A DNA stretch of 64,000 bases from Parcubacteria group bacterium Greene0416_36 (GTDB taxonomy: Bacteria > Patescibacteriota > Patescibacteriia > VMEV01): contig VMEV01000006.1 of assembly GCA_007375725.1 (NCBI GenBank), positions 6,929 to 70,928 of the forward strand, given 5' to 3'. Positions 18,831-29,015 of this stretch are shown here, in pieces (positions within the stretch are counted from its first letter, which is position 1; the number at the start of each line of letters is the position of its first letter). The notes below the pieces were generated by a model. The model made no database searches. It worked only from the letters and a program-made list of their open reading frames with translations, and was not told where the DNA came from. A program made the translations under genes and the position numbers.

Positions 18831-20609
18831 TTATCTCTTAGATTTCTTCCGATCGATCTCCGTCAATCCCTTCTTTCTGAGGCGAATATTAAGCGGGGTG
18901 ATTTCGAGGTATTCGTCGTCGCCCATGATTTCCATGCCGGTTTCGATTTCGAGAATGAGGGGGGGCGCCAAGAGAATGTTTTCATCAGATCCGGCGGCGC
19001 GGATATTGGTCTGGTGTTTGGCCTTGGTGGGATTCACGACGAGCTGATCGCCTTTAGAGGTGTTCCCAATGACCATGCCCTCATAGACTTCGGTATTCTC
19101 AGGGATATAGAGCGCGCCTCGCTGCTGAATGGTATTCATGGAGTAGGCCATAGCTTTTCCGGTATTGCCGGAAATCATGGATCCGACTGAGCGCTTCTGG
19201 ATATCGCCTTTATGCGGCTGGTATTCCTTAAATCGGGAAGAAATAATGCCTTCACCGCGCGTGTCGAGCAAGAATTCGCTCTTGTATCCGAGCAGTCCTC
19301 GAGTCGGAATTTCGAATACCATGCGGCTCATTTTTCCTCGAGTTTCGAGGTTGACCATGAGGCCACGCCGCTTTCCCAATTTTTCGATGATCACACCGGA
19401 GAAGTTTTCGGGAGTATCAATAATGAGCTCTTCGATAGGCTCGCATTTCTCGCCATTGATGGTTTTGAAAATAACTTCGGGCTGAGAAACCTGGAGCTCA
19501 AAGCCCTCTCGGCGCATATTCTCAATGAGAATGCCCAAGTGTAATTCTCCTCGGCCGTAGACCTTGAGATAATCCATGCTGGAAAAGTCCACTCGGAGTC
19601 CCACATTGACTTCCAATTCTTTCTCGAGGCGTTCTCGGATCTGGCGGGAAGTGACATATTTGCCTTCGCGTCCAGCGAAAGGGGAGTTATTGACCAAAAA
19701 TTCCATGGAGATGGTCGGCTCTTCGATGGAAATGGCGGGCATGGCTTCCTGATCTTTGGACACGCAAACCGTATCTCCGATGTAAATATCCGGAAAACCA
19801 GCGATCATCACAATGTCTCCGGCAATGGCCGATGCAATCGGCACTCGTTCCATGCCGCGGAACGCAAATATCTTGGTGATTTTTCCATTGATCACAGTTC
19901 CGTCCGGTTTTTTGGCGATGAGTACATCGCCGTCCTTGATGGTCCCTTCATAAATGCGGCCCACAGCCATGCGTCCCAAGAAATTATCGTAGGCGAGGTT
20001 GAAAGACTGGAATCGGAGAGGAAGTTCGGGCTGTGATGGCGCTGGTTTGACATGTTTTAAAATCAGATCGAGCAGAGGATCCAGATTTCCATATTCATCC
20101 GCCAAATTGATCTTGGTTTTTCCTTCGCGCGCGATGGCATAGACGATCGGGAATTCCAGCTGAATGTCATTGGCACCCAAATCAATGAATAGGGAGTAGA
20201 CCTGCTCGAGCACCCACTCTGGCCGGGCCGATGCCTTATCCATCTTATTGATCACGAGAATCGGCTTGAGCCCCAATTCAAGGGATTTCTTGAGCACGAA
20301 TTTGGTCTGAGGCATGGGTCCTTCATCCGCGTCCACGAGCAAAACGACCGAATCAATGGAGCGCAAAACGCGTTCCACCTCGGATCCAAAATCCGCGTGT
20401 CCGGGAGTATCCACGATATTGACCTTCACCCCTTTATAATCAAAAGAGGCGTTTTTGGCATAAATCGTGATGCCTTTTTCCTTTTCGAGAGTATTGATAT
20501 TCATCGAAAAATCGGCATTTACCATTCCGGTTTGCTTGAGAATGGCGTCGGTCAGCGAGGTTTTCCCGTGGTTGACGTGCGCGATGATGGCGATATTACG
20601 AAATTCCAT
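18831..20609 (-). CDS. typA: Ribosome-associated GTPase TypA/BipA
   Basis: [49 protein letters not shown]. Confidence 0.96.
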   Translation of the reverse strand: MEFRNIAIIAHVNHGKTSLTDAILKQTGMVNADFSMNINTLEKEKGITIYAKNASFDYKGVKVNIVDTPGHADFGSEVERVLRSIDSVVLLVDADEGPMPQTKFVLKKSLELGLKPILVINKMDKASARPEWVLEQVYSLFIDLGANDIQLEFPIVYAIAREGKTKINLADEYGNLDPLLDLILKHVKPAPSQPELPLRFQSFNLAYDNFLGRMAVGRIYEGTIKDGDVLIAKKPDGTVINGKITKIFAFRGMERVPIASAIAGDIVMIAGFPDIYIGDTVCVSKDQEAMPAISIEEPTISMEFLVNNSPFAGREGKYVTSRQIRERLEKELEVNVGLRVDFSSMDYLKVYGRGELHLGILIENMRREGFELQVSQPEVIFKTINGEKCEPIEELIIDTPENFSGVIIEKLGKRRGLMVNLETRGKMSRMVFEIPTRGLLGYKSEFLLDTRGEGIISSRFKEYQPHKGDIQKRSVGSMISGNTGKAMAYSMNTIQQRGALYIPENTEVYEGMVIGNTSKGDQLVVNPTKAKHQTNIRAAGSDENILLAPPLILEIETGMEIMGDDEYLEITPLNIRLRKKGLTEIDRKKSKR

Positions 20610-20858
20610 AGGGGGTTAGGCTTTAGGCTGTTAGGCATTAGCTTATTAGGCTAAGGTTTTAGAAAATTTTGCCTCAACAATAAATAGCCGCTAAATTGAT
20701 TGAAATAAATAAAAAATATCTCGGTTACCGAGGTAATTTGTAGCTTTTTAGCTTAGATTAGTTGACAATATTTATCAATTGACTTTTATACTGAAATATT
20801 CTATACTAAATGCAGTTTTTTAGCAAATTAAGATTGTTTTTATTGAAAGGTAATAAAA

Positions 20859-21437
20859 ATGAGCCTAGAAAAGGCATTGCAGTCCTTAGTCGAAGCCAAA
20901 AATATCAAATATTTTGGTCGACTCATTACAAGATATGATAGTAGTTTCTATCTTATCTCTCGAGAAATCGAGAATTTTCGAGATCTTCTTTCTTGGTTTA
21001 TAGATCCTCGTGACCATTTTGATGGGCCAGAATGGATGATTTGGTCATCTAATTGTGAGGATATGGCAGATTTTCTTACTCGCATAAAAGGTTATCTTCC
21101 TATTAAATCTGTGGATACAGTAGTTCTAAATCAGCAAATCATTTTTTTTCAAGATGCAAAAGAAAAGTTTATTCAACTGGTTTGTGTTGATCAAGATTCT
21201 TATTTTGGGGATCGGGAAGAAGGAATAGATATCTTTTGGGGGGTAATAAAAGACATAGACAGAACTTTCTGTGAATTCCTATATGAGTGGTTACCGATTT
21301 TGTCAGATGATGACATTGACGAATTCAAAGAAGCCAAAACAAAAAGAGAAAAAAAGGAGATAATGGGCGCGATTCAATCCAATATAGAAGAGATTTTAAA
21401 GTACTGGAATATTTGGGGTTTTGTCGATAGCAACTAA
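20859..21437 (+). CDS. Orphan hypothetical protein
   Basis: 192 aa; TTGACT-17-TATACT promoter 20779-20807, GAAAGG SD, downstream hairpin. Confidence 0.7.
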   Translation: MSLEKALQSLVEAKNIKYFGRLITRYDSSFYLISREIENFRDLLSWFIDPRDHFDGPEWMIWSSNCEDMADFLTRIKGYLPIKSVDTVVLNQQIIFFQDAKEKFIQLVCVDQDSYFGDREEGIDIFWGVIKDIDRTFCEFLYEWLPILSDDDIDEFKEAKTKREKKEIMGAIQSNIEEILKYWNIWGFVDSN

Positions 21438-21484
21438 GCCTGAAAATATCGACATGACAATAAAGAAATAAGGGAAATCAACCT

Positions 21485-21561
21485 TATTTTTTTGATTTCT
21501 CCATCTTTGTCAGAAATTTCGCAATATGCTTAGTAAAATCATCGAAATCACTTGGGGTGTT
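21485..21561 (-). pseudogene. Possible C-terminal remnant of a HEPN (DUF86/HepT-like) toxin gene
   Basis: Reads NTPSDFDDFTKHIAKFLTKMEKSKK* right after the MNT stop codons, with no start codon. Confidence 0.45.
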
Positions 21562-21564
21562 TTA

Positions 21565-21972
21565 TTAAACACACATATACTCCATTTTAGCCACCCGGTC
21601 ATGATAAAATTTGAGAATATTAAATTCAAACTCCACCCGCGCGTCATCATCGTGATTATATAAAATATGACCATCTTTGAGGATTTCAAATTTAAATGAT
21701 AAAGGCAATTGATCGTCCAAGATAATAACTTCTACATCCTCGCGTCCCATCATCGTACTTAAAAGATCCATCAATTTTAAACGAATTTTTAAATAATCGG
21801 GAGATTTTTTCATCTTCTTGTCCAAAAGCACAGCAAAATCAACATCACTCCGCGCCTCAGCATCTCCCCTTGCCTGCGAGCTAAAAAGATAGACGACAAT
21901 AACTCCCAATCTCTTGAGGTCAGGCGAGAAAGTTTCTAGTTGCTTTTCTAATTTTTTCAGAAATTTCTGCAT
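21565..21972 (-). CDS. Minimal nucleotidyltransferase (MntA-like antitoxin), possibly degenerate
   Basis: VYLFSSQARG...SDVDFAV (canonical FGS), EILKDGHILY. Confidence 0.82.
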   Translation of the reverse strand: MQKFLKKLEKQLETFSPDLKRLGVIVVYLFSSQARGDAEARSDVDFAVLLDKKMKKSPDYLKIRLKLMDLLSTMMGREDVEVIILDDQLPLSFKFEILKDGHILYNHDDDARVEFEFNILKFYHDRVAKMEYMCV

Positions 21973-22081
21973 ATTTTTTCTCTAAAATAGCAGATTTTAA
22001 AGAAAAAATAAAATTTTACGGGCTTCTATTTTTTTGATTCCAAAAAATTCTGTTACAATGGAGAGAATATTATTCTCTCGA

Positions 22082-22127
22082 CACGAGATTGCTTCAGTCA
22101 CGCTAAAGCGCGTGACTTCGCAATGAC
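22082..22127. repeat. Family B REP-like unit (GAGATTGCTTC ... CGCAATGAC)
   Basis: Homologous to 23080-23125 and 24496-24612. Confidence 0.85.
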
Positions 22128-22171
22128 CGTTGTTCTCCTAGATCCTGAATCCTTATTCCTAAATCCTAGAT

Positions 22172-23017
22172 ATGTACACCATCGCCCAACTCCAACAAAA
22201 ATCCAACCGCCTCCGCGAGGATGTCATTGATATGCTCGTGCACGCGGGATCTGGCCACAGCGCGGGGCCGCTGGATCTCGCGGAGATTTTCACGGCGCTT
22301 TATTTTCGGATTATGGATCATGATCCGAAGAATCCTTCGTGGGAAGATCGCGACCGGCTGTATCTCTCCTGCGGCCACAATGCGCCGATTCGGTACGCGG
22401 CCATGATCGAGGCGGGGTATTTGCCTAAAAGCTATTTGAAAACTCTGCGAAAGCTTGGGTCGCCTCTCCAGGGCCACCCGAGCCGGCATGACTGGAAAGC
22501 CGTGGAAAGTTCGTCCGGTCCTTTGGGACAGGGTTCCTCGGTCGCGGTAGGAGCCGCTCTTTCCGCGCGGATGGACAAGAAGAGGCACTGGGTTTACTGC
22601 GTGGTCTCGGACGGCGAACAGAATGAGGGGCAGACATGGGAAGCGGCTATGCTTGCCGGAAAGATGAAACTGCACAATCTGATCTTCCTCATGGACCGCA
22701 ATAATATTCAGATCGATGGGTACACCGAGAATATCATGCCTCTGGAACCCATTGCCGACAAATACCGGGCCTTCAACTGGCATGTGATCGAAGTCGACGG
22801 CCACAATATCGAGGCCATCATCGACGCGGTCAATGAAGCCAAAGCCGTTTACGAGAAACCCACCATGATCATCTGCCACACCATCCCCGGCAAAGGCGTT
22901 TCCTTCATGGAGCGCGACTACCTCTGGCACGGCAAACCCCCGACCAAGGATGAGGCGAAGATTGCTTTGAGAGAGCTCCGAAGTATGAGGGGGAAGATTA
23001 TGACGGAATATGACTAG
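22172..23017 (+). CDS. Transketolase, N-terminal (TPP-binding) subunit
   Basis: GSGH, RDRLYLSCGH, LQGHP, SSGPLGQG, SDGEQNEGQTWEA, DGHN, GKG. Confidence 0.96.
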   Translation: MYTIAQLQQKSNRLREDVIDMLVHAGSGHSAGPLDLAEIFTALYFRIMDHDPKNPSWEDRDRLYLSCGHNAPIRYAAMIEAGYLPKSYLKTLRKLGSPLQGHPSRHDWKAVESSSGPLGQGSSVAVGAALSARMDKKRHWVYCVVSDGEQNEGQTWEAAMLAGKMKLHNLIFLMDRNNIQIDGYTENIMPLEPIADKYRAFNWHVIEVDGHNIEAIIDAVNEAKAVYEKPTMIICHTIPGKGVSFMERDYLWHGKPPTKDEAKIALRELRSMRGKIMTEYD

Positions 23018-23079
23018 GCAGCAAATGAAGAATGAAAAATTAAAAATTAAGAATGAAACAAAGGATAAGCTGAAAGAAA

Positions 23080-23125
23080 TGTCATTGCGAGAATATGCAT
23101 TTTAGCAGAAGCGAAGCAATCTCGT
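23080..23125. repeat. Family B REP-like unit
   Basis: tgtcattgcgag ... gaagcaatctcg. Confidence 0.85.
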
Positions 23126-23228
23126 ATCGAAGGGGAGGATTTTATGTATATTTTCTTGAAATAAAAAAGACCATCGCGATTTTGCTAGGTCCTATAAAAC
23201 CAATGAAAATGAGTTAATGTTCTGTTTT

Positions 23229-23402
23229 TCAATGGTTGGTTGTTTGTTTTTTTCCTTGTTCTTCTTCCTTTTCTTTTATCCTTGTGGCTTCTCTTTTATC
23301 AGCATCTTGTCCTATTATTATAAGTAGTCGTTGGATCTCTTCTAATTCCGTTATAAGAATTATTCCAATCGTTATAATTGCACACAAAATTGCTATTTCC
23401 AT
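23229..23402 (-). CDS. 57-aa orphan membrane-anchored peptide (not in the ORF track)
   Basis: MEIAILCAIITIGIILITELEEIQRLL...KKQTTNH*, with AAAGGA SD upstream. Confidence 0.55.
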   Translation of the reverse strand: MEIAILCAIITIGIILITELEEIQRLLIIIGQDADKREATRIKEKEEEQGKKQTTNH

Positions 23403-23474
23403 TAAATATTCCTTTAAAATATATAAAAATTAGAACCACATTATTACTATCATTTCAGAATATATTTGTCAAAT

Positions 23475-24488
23475 ATGTTGAATCTCAAGATGAATCTCGA
23501 CACTAACATTTTCAATCCCGAAAAACTCAAATGGATCCCGACGCGGAATGGTTTTGGAGAGGGTTTAGTGTTGGCTGGGGAAAAGAATCCGAATGTGGTG
23601 GCGCTAACGGCGGATCTGGAGGAGTCCACTCGTTTTTTGGCATTTCATAAGAAATTTCCGGAGCGGTTTATCGATGTGGGAGTCGCGGAGCAGAATCTGA
23701 TGGGGGTGGCGGCGGGGATGGCCCTCAATGGAAAGATCCCTTTTATCGGTTCTTATGCCACATTTAGTCCTGGGAGAAATTGGGACCAACTTCGAGTCTC
23801 CGTATGCTATAATAATCTGCCCGTCAAAATCGCGGGGGCACATGCGGGTCTTTCCGTAGGTCCCGATGGCGCGACGCATCAGGCGCTCGAAGATATTGCC
23901 ATCACTCGGGTACTTCCCAACATCACGGTGATTGTCCCGTGTGATTATCACGAGGCGCGAAAAGCGGCAATGGCCGCGGCGGAAATGCCAGGCCCGGTTT
24001 ATGTCCGTTTCGCGCGTCCCAATACCGCCGTCCTGACCACGGAGAATACGCCCTTCGAAGTGGGGAAGGCGACGCTTCTGTGGGACAGCGGGGATGACGT
24101 AGCCATTGTAGGCGCGGGTCCTCAATTGTACGAGGCTCTCTTGGCCGCGAAGACTTTGAGCGAGAAAAAGCCGGCCAAGGGTGATAAGAAACTGGGCGTA
24201 AAAGTTCTCAATTTACATACGATTAAACCCATCGACGAAAAAATGCTCTTCGCTCTGGGCAAGAAAACCGGTGCCTTTGTTGTGGTGGAAGAACATCAAA
24301 TCCACGGCGGCGTCTTCGGCGCAGTCGCTGAGACCATGGCTCAAATATGTCCCATCCCCATCGAATCCGTGTCTGTGGCCGACACTTTCGGCGAATCCGG
24401 AGAACATCAAGAACTGCTCGAGAAATATGGACTCTTGGCCGAGGATATTATTGAGGCGGTGGGGAGAGTGATGAAACGAAAAGTCTAA
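23475..24488 (+). CDS. Transketolase, C-terminal subunit
   Basis: GVAEQN, GPDGATHQALED, GPVYVR, TIKPID, EEHQ..GG. Confidence 0.96.
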   Translation: MLNLKMNLDTNIFNPEKLKWIPTRNGFGEGLVLAGEKNPNVVALTADLEESTRFLAFHKKFPERFIDVGVAEQNLMGVAAGMALNGKIPFIGSYATFSPGRNWDQLRVSVCYNNLPVKIAGAHAGLSVGPDGATHQALEDIAITRVLPNITVIVPCDYHEARKAAMAAAEMPGPVYVRFARPNTAVLTTENTPFEVGKATLLWDSGDDVAIVGAGPQLYEALLAAKTLSEKKPAKGDKKLGVKVLNLHTIKPIDEKMLFALGKKTGAFVVVEEHQIHGGVFGAVAETMAQICPIPIESVSVADTFGESGEHQELLEKYGLLAEDIIEAVGRVMKRKV

Positions 24489-24495
24489 AGAGTAT

Positions 24496-24612
24496 TGTCA
24501 TTGCGAAGCCCCGCGTTTTAGCGGGGATGAAGCAATCTCGTGTCGGGTCCCTCTCTCTATTTCAATACGAGATTGCTTCGCCTCCGCTAAGGCGCGGATT
24601 CTCGCAATGACA
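24496..24612. repeat. Family B doublet (inverted pair)
   Basis: tgtcattgcg..gaagcaatctcg ... cgagattgcttc..cgcaatgaca. Confidence 0.9.
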
Positions 24613-24648
24613 CGTATCTCCTGAATCCTGACTCCTAAATCTCAATCT

Positions 24649-25830
24649 ATGATCGGACCCCTTCTCACCTTCATGCGAATCCATTTCTCCCAGGCGACTC
24701 GGGTGGAACTTTTGGAATCGATCAAAGCATCACTCCGAAGCCCAAGAAGGCTTCCTTTGTTTATTACCACTCCTAATCCGGAAATCGTACTTTTGTCTCT
24801 GGCAAATTCGGAGTATCGAAAGGTCCTTAATTCTTCGGATTATTCGATCGCGGACGGGTTTGGGTTACAGCTGGCGGCGCGAGTATTTGGATTTCCTCTG
24901 GCTGCTCGTATTGCGGGAGTAGATTTGATGGCGGATCTTTGCAATCTCGCCTCTTCATCGGGCTACCGAGTTGCTCTACTGGGCGCAGGAAAGGGTGTGG
25001 CCGCCAGGGCCAAAGAGAAATTGGAGGCCAAGTTTCCAACCTTGGAAATCGTCTACGCTGACCCCGGAATGCCCGCGGAGTCTTTTAGTTTCGATTCGCC
25101 CGAATGCATACAAGCAATCAACCAAACCCAGGCTGATTTTTTATTTTGCGCGTTCGGCGCGCCCAAACAGGAGCTCTGGATCCACAAAAATTTGTCAAAA
25201 TTGAACGTGAAACTGGCCATGGGAGTGGGGGGATCGCTCGATTGTATTTCTGGACACAAAAAAAGAGCGCCTCTTCTTATGAGAAAGATGGGCTTTGAAT
25301 GGTTATTTCGTTTTTTTTATGAGCCCACACGCGCCTTGCGGATCTGGAATGCCGTAGTTGTTTTCCCTATGACTGTAATGCTATGGAAAGCGAGGATTTT
25401 ATTTCAGTATCGTAAAAATGTCGTGGCTCTGATTTTAGATCAAGATAATCGCATTCTGATGGTCAATGCCGCACGCAATCAGGATATCAAATGGCAGTTT
25501 CCTCAAGGGGGCATTGATAGAGGAGAGGATGCCACGGTCGCGGTGATGCGCGAGATGAGAGAGGAGTTGGGCATTGCTCAACTTGAAATCATTCGGCATG
25601 TCCCACACTATAGTTCTTATATCTGGCCCCCTCAATACCAGATTATTTATGGCTATAAAGGCCAGCTCCAAGATCTGTTTATCCTACGATTTACCGGACA
25701 GGATTCGGATTTTAATCTCGAATACGATCATGAGCTCTCCAGCTGGAAATGGATGACAAAATCGGACGTTCTTGTTAATGTAGACCCGCTGCGCCGCTCG
25801 AGCGTGGAGAAAGCGTTTAGTTTTTTATAA
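24649..25830 (+). CDS. WecB/TagA/CpsF glycosyltransferase fused to a C-terminal RppH-like Nudix hydrolase
   Basis: TPNPE, ADGFG, RIAGVDL, FGAPKQE, GVGGSLD, RAP..MRKMGFEW; then YRKNV, WQFPQGGIDRGE..AVMREMREELG, YKGQ. Confidence 0.9.
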   Translation: MIGPLLTFMRIHFSQATRVELLESIKASLRSPRRLPLFITTPNPEIVLLSLANSEYRKVLNSSDYSIADGFGLQLAARVFGFPLAARIAGVDLMADLCNLASSSGYRVALLGAGKGVAARAKEKLEAKFPTLEIVYADPGMPAESFSFDSPECIQAINQTQADFLFCAFGAPKQELWIHKNLSKLNVKLAMGVGGSLDCISGHKKRAPLLMRKMGFEWLFRFFYEPTRALRIWNAVVVFPMTVMLWKARILFQYRKNVVALILDQDNRILMVNAARNQDIKWQFPQGGIDRGEDATVAVMREMREELGIAQLEIIRHVPHYSSYIWPPQYQIIYGYKGQLQDLFILRFTGQDSDFNLEYDHELSSWKWMTKSDVLVNVDPLRRSSVEKAFSFL

Positions 25831-25833
25831 AAA

Positions 25834-25913
25834 AAATCCCTCCCCAACCCTCCCCTTGACAAGGGAGGGCGTTGCTTCCCCCTTGTCAAAGGGGGACTGA
25901 GGGGGATTTGTTG
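25834..25913. repeat. Family A element
   Basis: Near-identical to 2222-2309. Confidence 0.93.
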
Positions 25914-25937
25914 TTTCATTCCTAATGCCTAATTTCT

Positions 25938-27434
25938 ATGATTCGAACTCGTTCCGCACCCTCTCCCACTGGATTCATGCATGTGGGAAATCTCCGCACT
26001 TCTCTTTATTGCTATTTATTCGCAAAAAAAAATAAGGGCCAATATCTCCTGCGCATAGAAGATACGGATCAGACCCGTTTTATGCCGGGAGCGACCGAGG
26101 ATATTTACGCATCTCTGCGATGGGCCGGACTTCTCTATGATGAAGGACCGGATGTCGGAGGCCCCAATGGCCCGTATATACAATCACAAAGATCAGAAAT
26201 TTATAATGCTGAGGTTTCTAAACTGCTCAACGAGGGCAAGGCTTATCGTTGTTTTTGTTCTCCCCAGAGACTGGAAGCCATGAGAGAAGAGCAGCAGGCC
26301 AAGGGAGAGGCGTCGCGATATGATGGAAAGTGCCTGAGTTTATCAAAAGAGGAGCTAATTACTCTCGAGGCTTCCAAGGCTCCGCATGTCATTCGTTTCC
26401 GAATGTCGGAAAAAGAATACAAATACATGGATATTATGCGAGGTGAATTGGCCTTTCCAGTCGGGTCTGCGGATGATTTTGTGCTCATCAAAAGCGATGG
26501 GTTTCCGGTCTATCACTTCGCCAATATTGTCGATGATCACTACATGAAAATCAGCCATGTGATCCGAGGCGAAGAATGGCTTTCTTCATTGCCCAAACAT
26601 CTGGCTTTATATGAAGCTTTCGGATGGAATCATCCTGAGTTTATTCATTTGCCTCTCCTTTTATCCAAGACTAAGAAGAAGCTGTCCAAGCGCGACGGCG
26701 ATGTTTCGGTACGGGACTACATTGCCAAGGGATATTTGCCCGAAGCCCTTCTGAATTTTATTTTACTTTTGGGCTGGAATCCTGGAACGGACAAAGAATT
26801 ATTTACGAAAGAGGAGATGATCGAGGCTTTTTCGTTTGAACGCCTCAATAAATCCGGAGCCGTATTTGATTTGGAGAAACTGGACTGGATGAATAGCCAC
26901 TACATTCGGGGGAAAAATATTTCCGAATTATTTAGTTTGTCTTTGCCCTATTTTGAATCTGCTGGGCTGATTGTAAAAACCGAAGATCCCTCTCTTTGGA
27001 AAACCGCGGCCGGACGCAATATTTCAAGGAATTATTTGGAAAAGATCGTGGGCATTGAAAAAGAGCGCGTCAAAAAACTTTCAGATTTCGCCGATACTGA
27101 CAGGGTGGGGTTTTTCTTTGCCGACTCTTTGGTATACGAGAAGGATCTGTTATTCTGGAAGAAGATGGAGACGGCTCAGGTAGTTCAAAATCTCACACAG
27201 GCCAAAATTTTGCTCGAAAAAACTTTGGAAACGGAATTCACGAAAGAGCATCTCCGCGATACAATCATGCGCTGGACCGCCGAGACGGGCATCAAAAATG
27301 GCGAGATGCTTTGGCCGCTCCGTGTGGCTCTCACCGGCATGAAAGCGTCTCCCGACCCGTTCGAGGTCGCTGATGTATTAGATAAGCCGATGTGTCTGGC
27401 GAGACTGGATCAAGCATTGGAGAAATTGACATAA
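25938..27434 (+). CDS. gltX: Glutamate--tRNA ligase
   Basis: APSPTGFMHVG, LRIEDTD, HVIRGEEW, KLSKR. Confidence 0.97.
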   Translation: MIRTRSAPSPTGFMHVGNLRTSLYCYLFAKKNKGQYLLRIEDTDQTRFMPGATEDIYASLRWAGLLYDEGPDVGGPNGPYIQSQRSEIYNAEVSKLLNEGKAYRCFCSPQRLEAMREEQQAKGEASRYDGKCLSLSKEELITLEASKAPHVIRFRMSEKEYKYMDIMRGELAFPVGSADDFVLIKSDGFPVYHFANIVDDHYMKISHVIRGEEWLSSLPKHLALYEAFGWNHPEFIHLPLLLSKTKKKLSKRDGDVSVRDYIAKGYLPEALLNFILLLGWNPGTDKELFTKEEMIEAFSFERLNKSGAVFDLEKLDWMNSHYIRGKNISELFSLSLPYFESAGLIVKTEDPSLWKTAAGRNISRNYLEKIVGIEKERVKKLSDFADTDRVGFFFADSLVYEKDLLFWKKMETAQVVQNLTQAKILLEKTLETEFTKEHLRDTIMRWTAETGIKNGEMLWPLRVALTGMKASPDPFEVADVLDKPMCLARLDQALEKLT

Positions 27435-27452
27435 ATCCCTCCCTTACAAACT

Positions 27453-28727
27453 ATGCAGTTAAATTTTCAATTCTTTTTCTTAATTGTCCTGTCGATTGCC
27501 GTTCTCTTCGGCGCGGGACAGATCAATGCCCAGGTTTCTTCGGCTACGCTTTTTGATTATTATTATACGGAAAATGCCGCTGAAATCACCGCATTATCCA
27601 AAGAAATTAAACAAAAAGAATTGGAAATCAAAAAAGTAGAGGAGCAGTCCAATTCTTTTGAAGGAGAAATTAAGAAAAAGCAGGAGGAAAAGCTGACCAT
27701 CGAGAGCCAAATTGTTGATCTAGAAAATCAAATGGCTAAGAAAACATTGGAGCTCAGCCGCATCGGCAAACAAAAAGAATTGGTTAACCTGGAAACGAGA
27801 CAGGTCGAGAAACAACTGGAATCGACGCGGCGCCAGATCGATACCGGCAAATCCAGAATCTCAGAAGTCATCGGCAAAATCCATCAATTGGACAGCCGTT
27901 CCTATTTAGAAATCATGGTGTCCAACCCTGATTTTTCCTCTTTTTTTAATGATTTGGAAGCCATCGAGAGCGTGGAAAAAGGACTCTCCGTGAATATCGA
28001 AGCACAAAAAGTGCTTTATTCTCAGCAAAAATCTCAGTCTGAGGATGTGAAGGGAAAACTGCAGCGATTGGATTTGCTCAAACTGGAAGAAGAGCGGGGG
28101 AAGATCCTCTTGGAAAGCGAAAAAGAAGCAAAAATCCAACTAGTAGAAGCCACTGACAGAAACGAGAAGAAATTTCAAGAATTATTAGCTGGACTGCATC
28201 TCGAACAAAATAAGCTCGAGCAGGAAATCAAGCAAATTGAAGAAGATATACAAATTAAGTTGAAAGAGAAAAAATTAAATTTTAATTGGGACCCCGATAA
28301 TGTGCGTCTGATTTGGCCCGTACCCAATCAAGGCATTGTCACCTATTTTCATGATCCGGGGTATCCCTACAAGAGGCTAGTGGGGCCGCATTCAGGACTA
28401 GATTTGCGTACTCTCATCGGAGGTAAACCCTCCAATGGAGTACCGGTTCGGGCTGTTGCTCCGGGCGTGGTAGTCAAAGTGATCCGAGGCGGAAAATACG
28501 TGGGCAATGCGGTTTATATCGCCCACAGCGACAACTTCATGAGCATCTATTTACATCTTTCGAGAGTAAATGTGGCGGAAGATCAGGTGGTAGGGGTGGC
28601 CGAGGTGATTGCGGCCAGCGGCGGAATGCCTGGAACGGAAGGTGCTGGCCTCAGCTCCGGACCCCATCTCCATTTTGAAACCAGAGTGGACGGCGTACCG
28701 GCAGACCCTCTGCAGTATTTGCAGTAA
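27453..28727 (+). CDS. Coiled-coil M23 peptidase (EnvC-like)
   Basis: Signal peptide, long coiled coil, HSGLD, YLHL, GPHLHFE. Confidence 0.9.
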   Translation: MQLNFQFFFLIVLSIAVLFGAGQINAQVSSATLFDYYYTENAAEITALSKEIKQKELEIKKVEEQSNSFEGEIKKKQEEKLTIESQIVDLENQMAKKTLELSRIGKQKELVNLETRQVEKQLESTRRQIDTGKSRISEVIGKIHQLDSRSYLEIMVSNPDFSSFFNDLEAIESVEKGLSVNIEAQKVLYSQQKSQSEDVKGKLQRLDLLKLEEERGKILLESEKEAKIQLVEATDRNEKKFQELLAGLHLEQNKLEQEIKQIEEDIQIKLKEKKLNFNWDPDNVRLIWPVPNQGIVTYFHDPGYPYKRLVGPHSGLDLRTLIGGKPSNGVPVRAVAPGVVVKVIRGGKYVGNAVYIAHSDNFMSIYLHLSRVNVAEDQVVGVAEVIAASGGMPGTEGAGLSSGPHLHFETRVDGVPADPLQYLQ

Positions 28728-28757
28728 CCCATTTAATTTTGCTATATTATTCTTCAT

Positions 28758-28916
28758 ATGGAAGAATTCATCGTCAAAAATTCCGTGGTATTGGGACTGA
28801 CTCTCTTCTTTTCTCTTATTTTCTGGAGTTTGTCCCGTCTCGTGGGCCTTTTCTGGGCGCCTTGGATCGCCGTAATTTTTTATATCGGCATTTATTGGAT
28901 GCTGTCGGATGAATAA
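28758..28916 (+). CDS. 52-aa two-TM small protein (not in the ORF track)
   Basis: MEEFIVKNSVVLGLTLFFSLIFWSLSRLVGLFWAPWIAVIFYIGIYWMLSDE*; T-ATG start, hairpin directly after. Confidence 0.6.
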   Translation: MEEFIVKNSVVLGLTLFFSLIFWSLSRLVGLFWAPWIAVIFYIGIYWMLSDE

Positions 28917-28971
28917 AATAAAAAAATGTAGGGGGTCCCGCGTAACGTCCGACCCCCTACATTTTTTTATT
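28917..28971. terminator. Hairpin with GTAGGGG...CCCCTAC REP core and A/T arms
   Basis: aataaaaaaatgtagggggtc..gaccccctacatttttttatt. Confidence 0.7.
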
Positions 28972-29015
28972 TGTTTCTAATTTTCCCTCGTCAGTTGTAT
29001 AATTGAAAAAAACAT

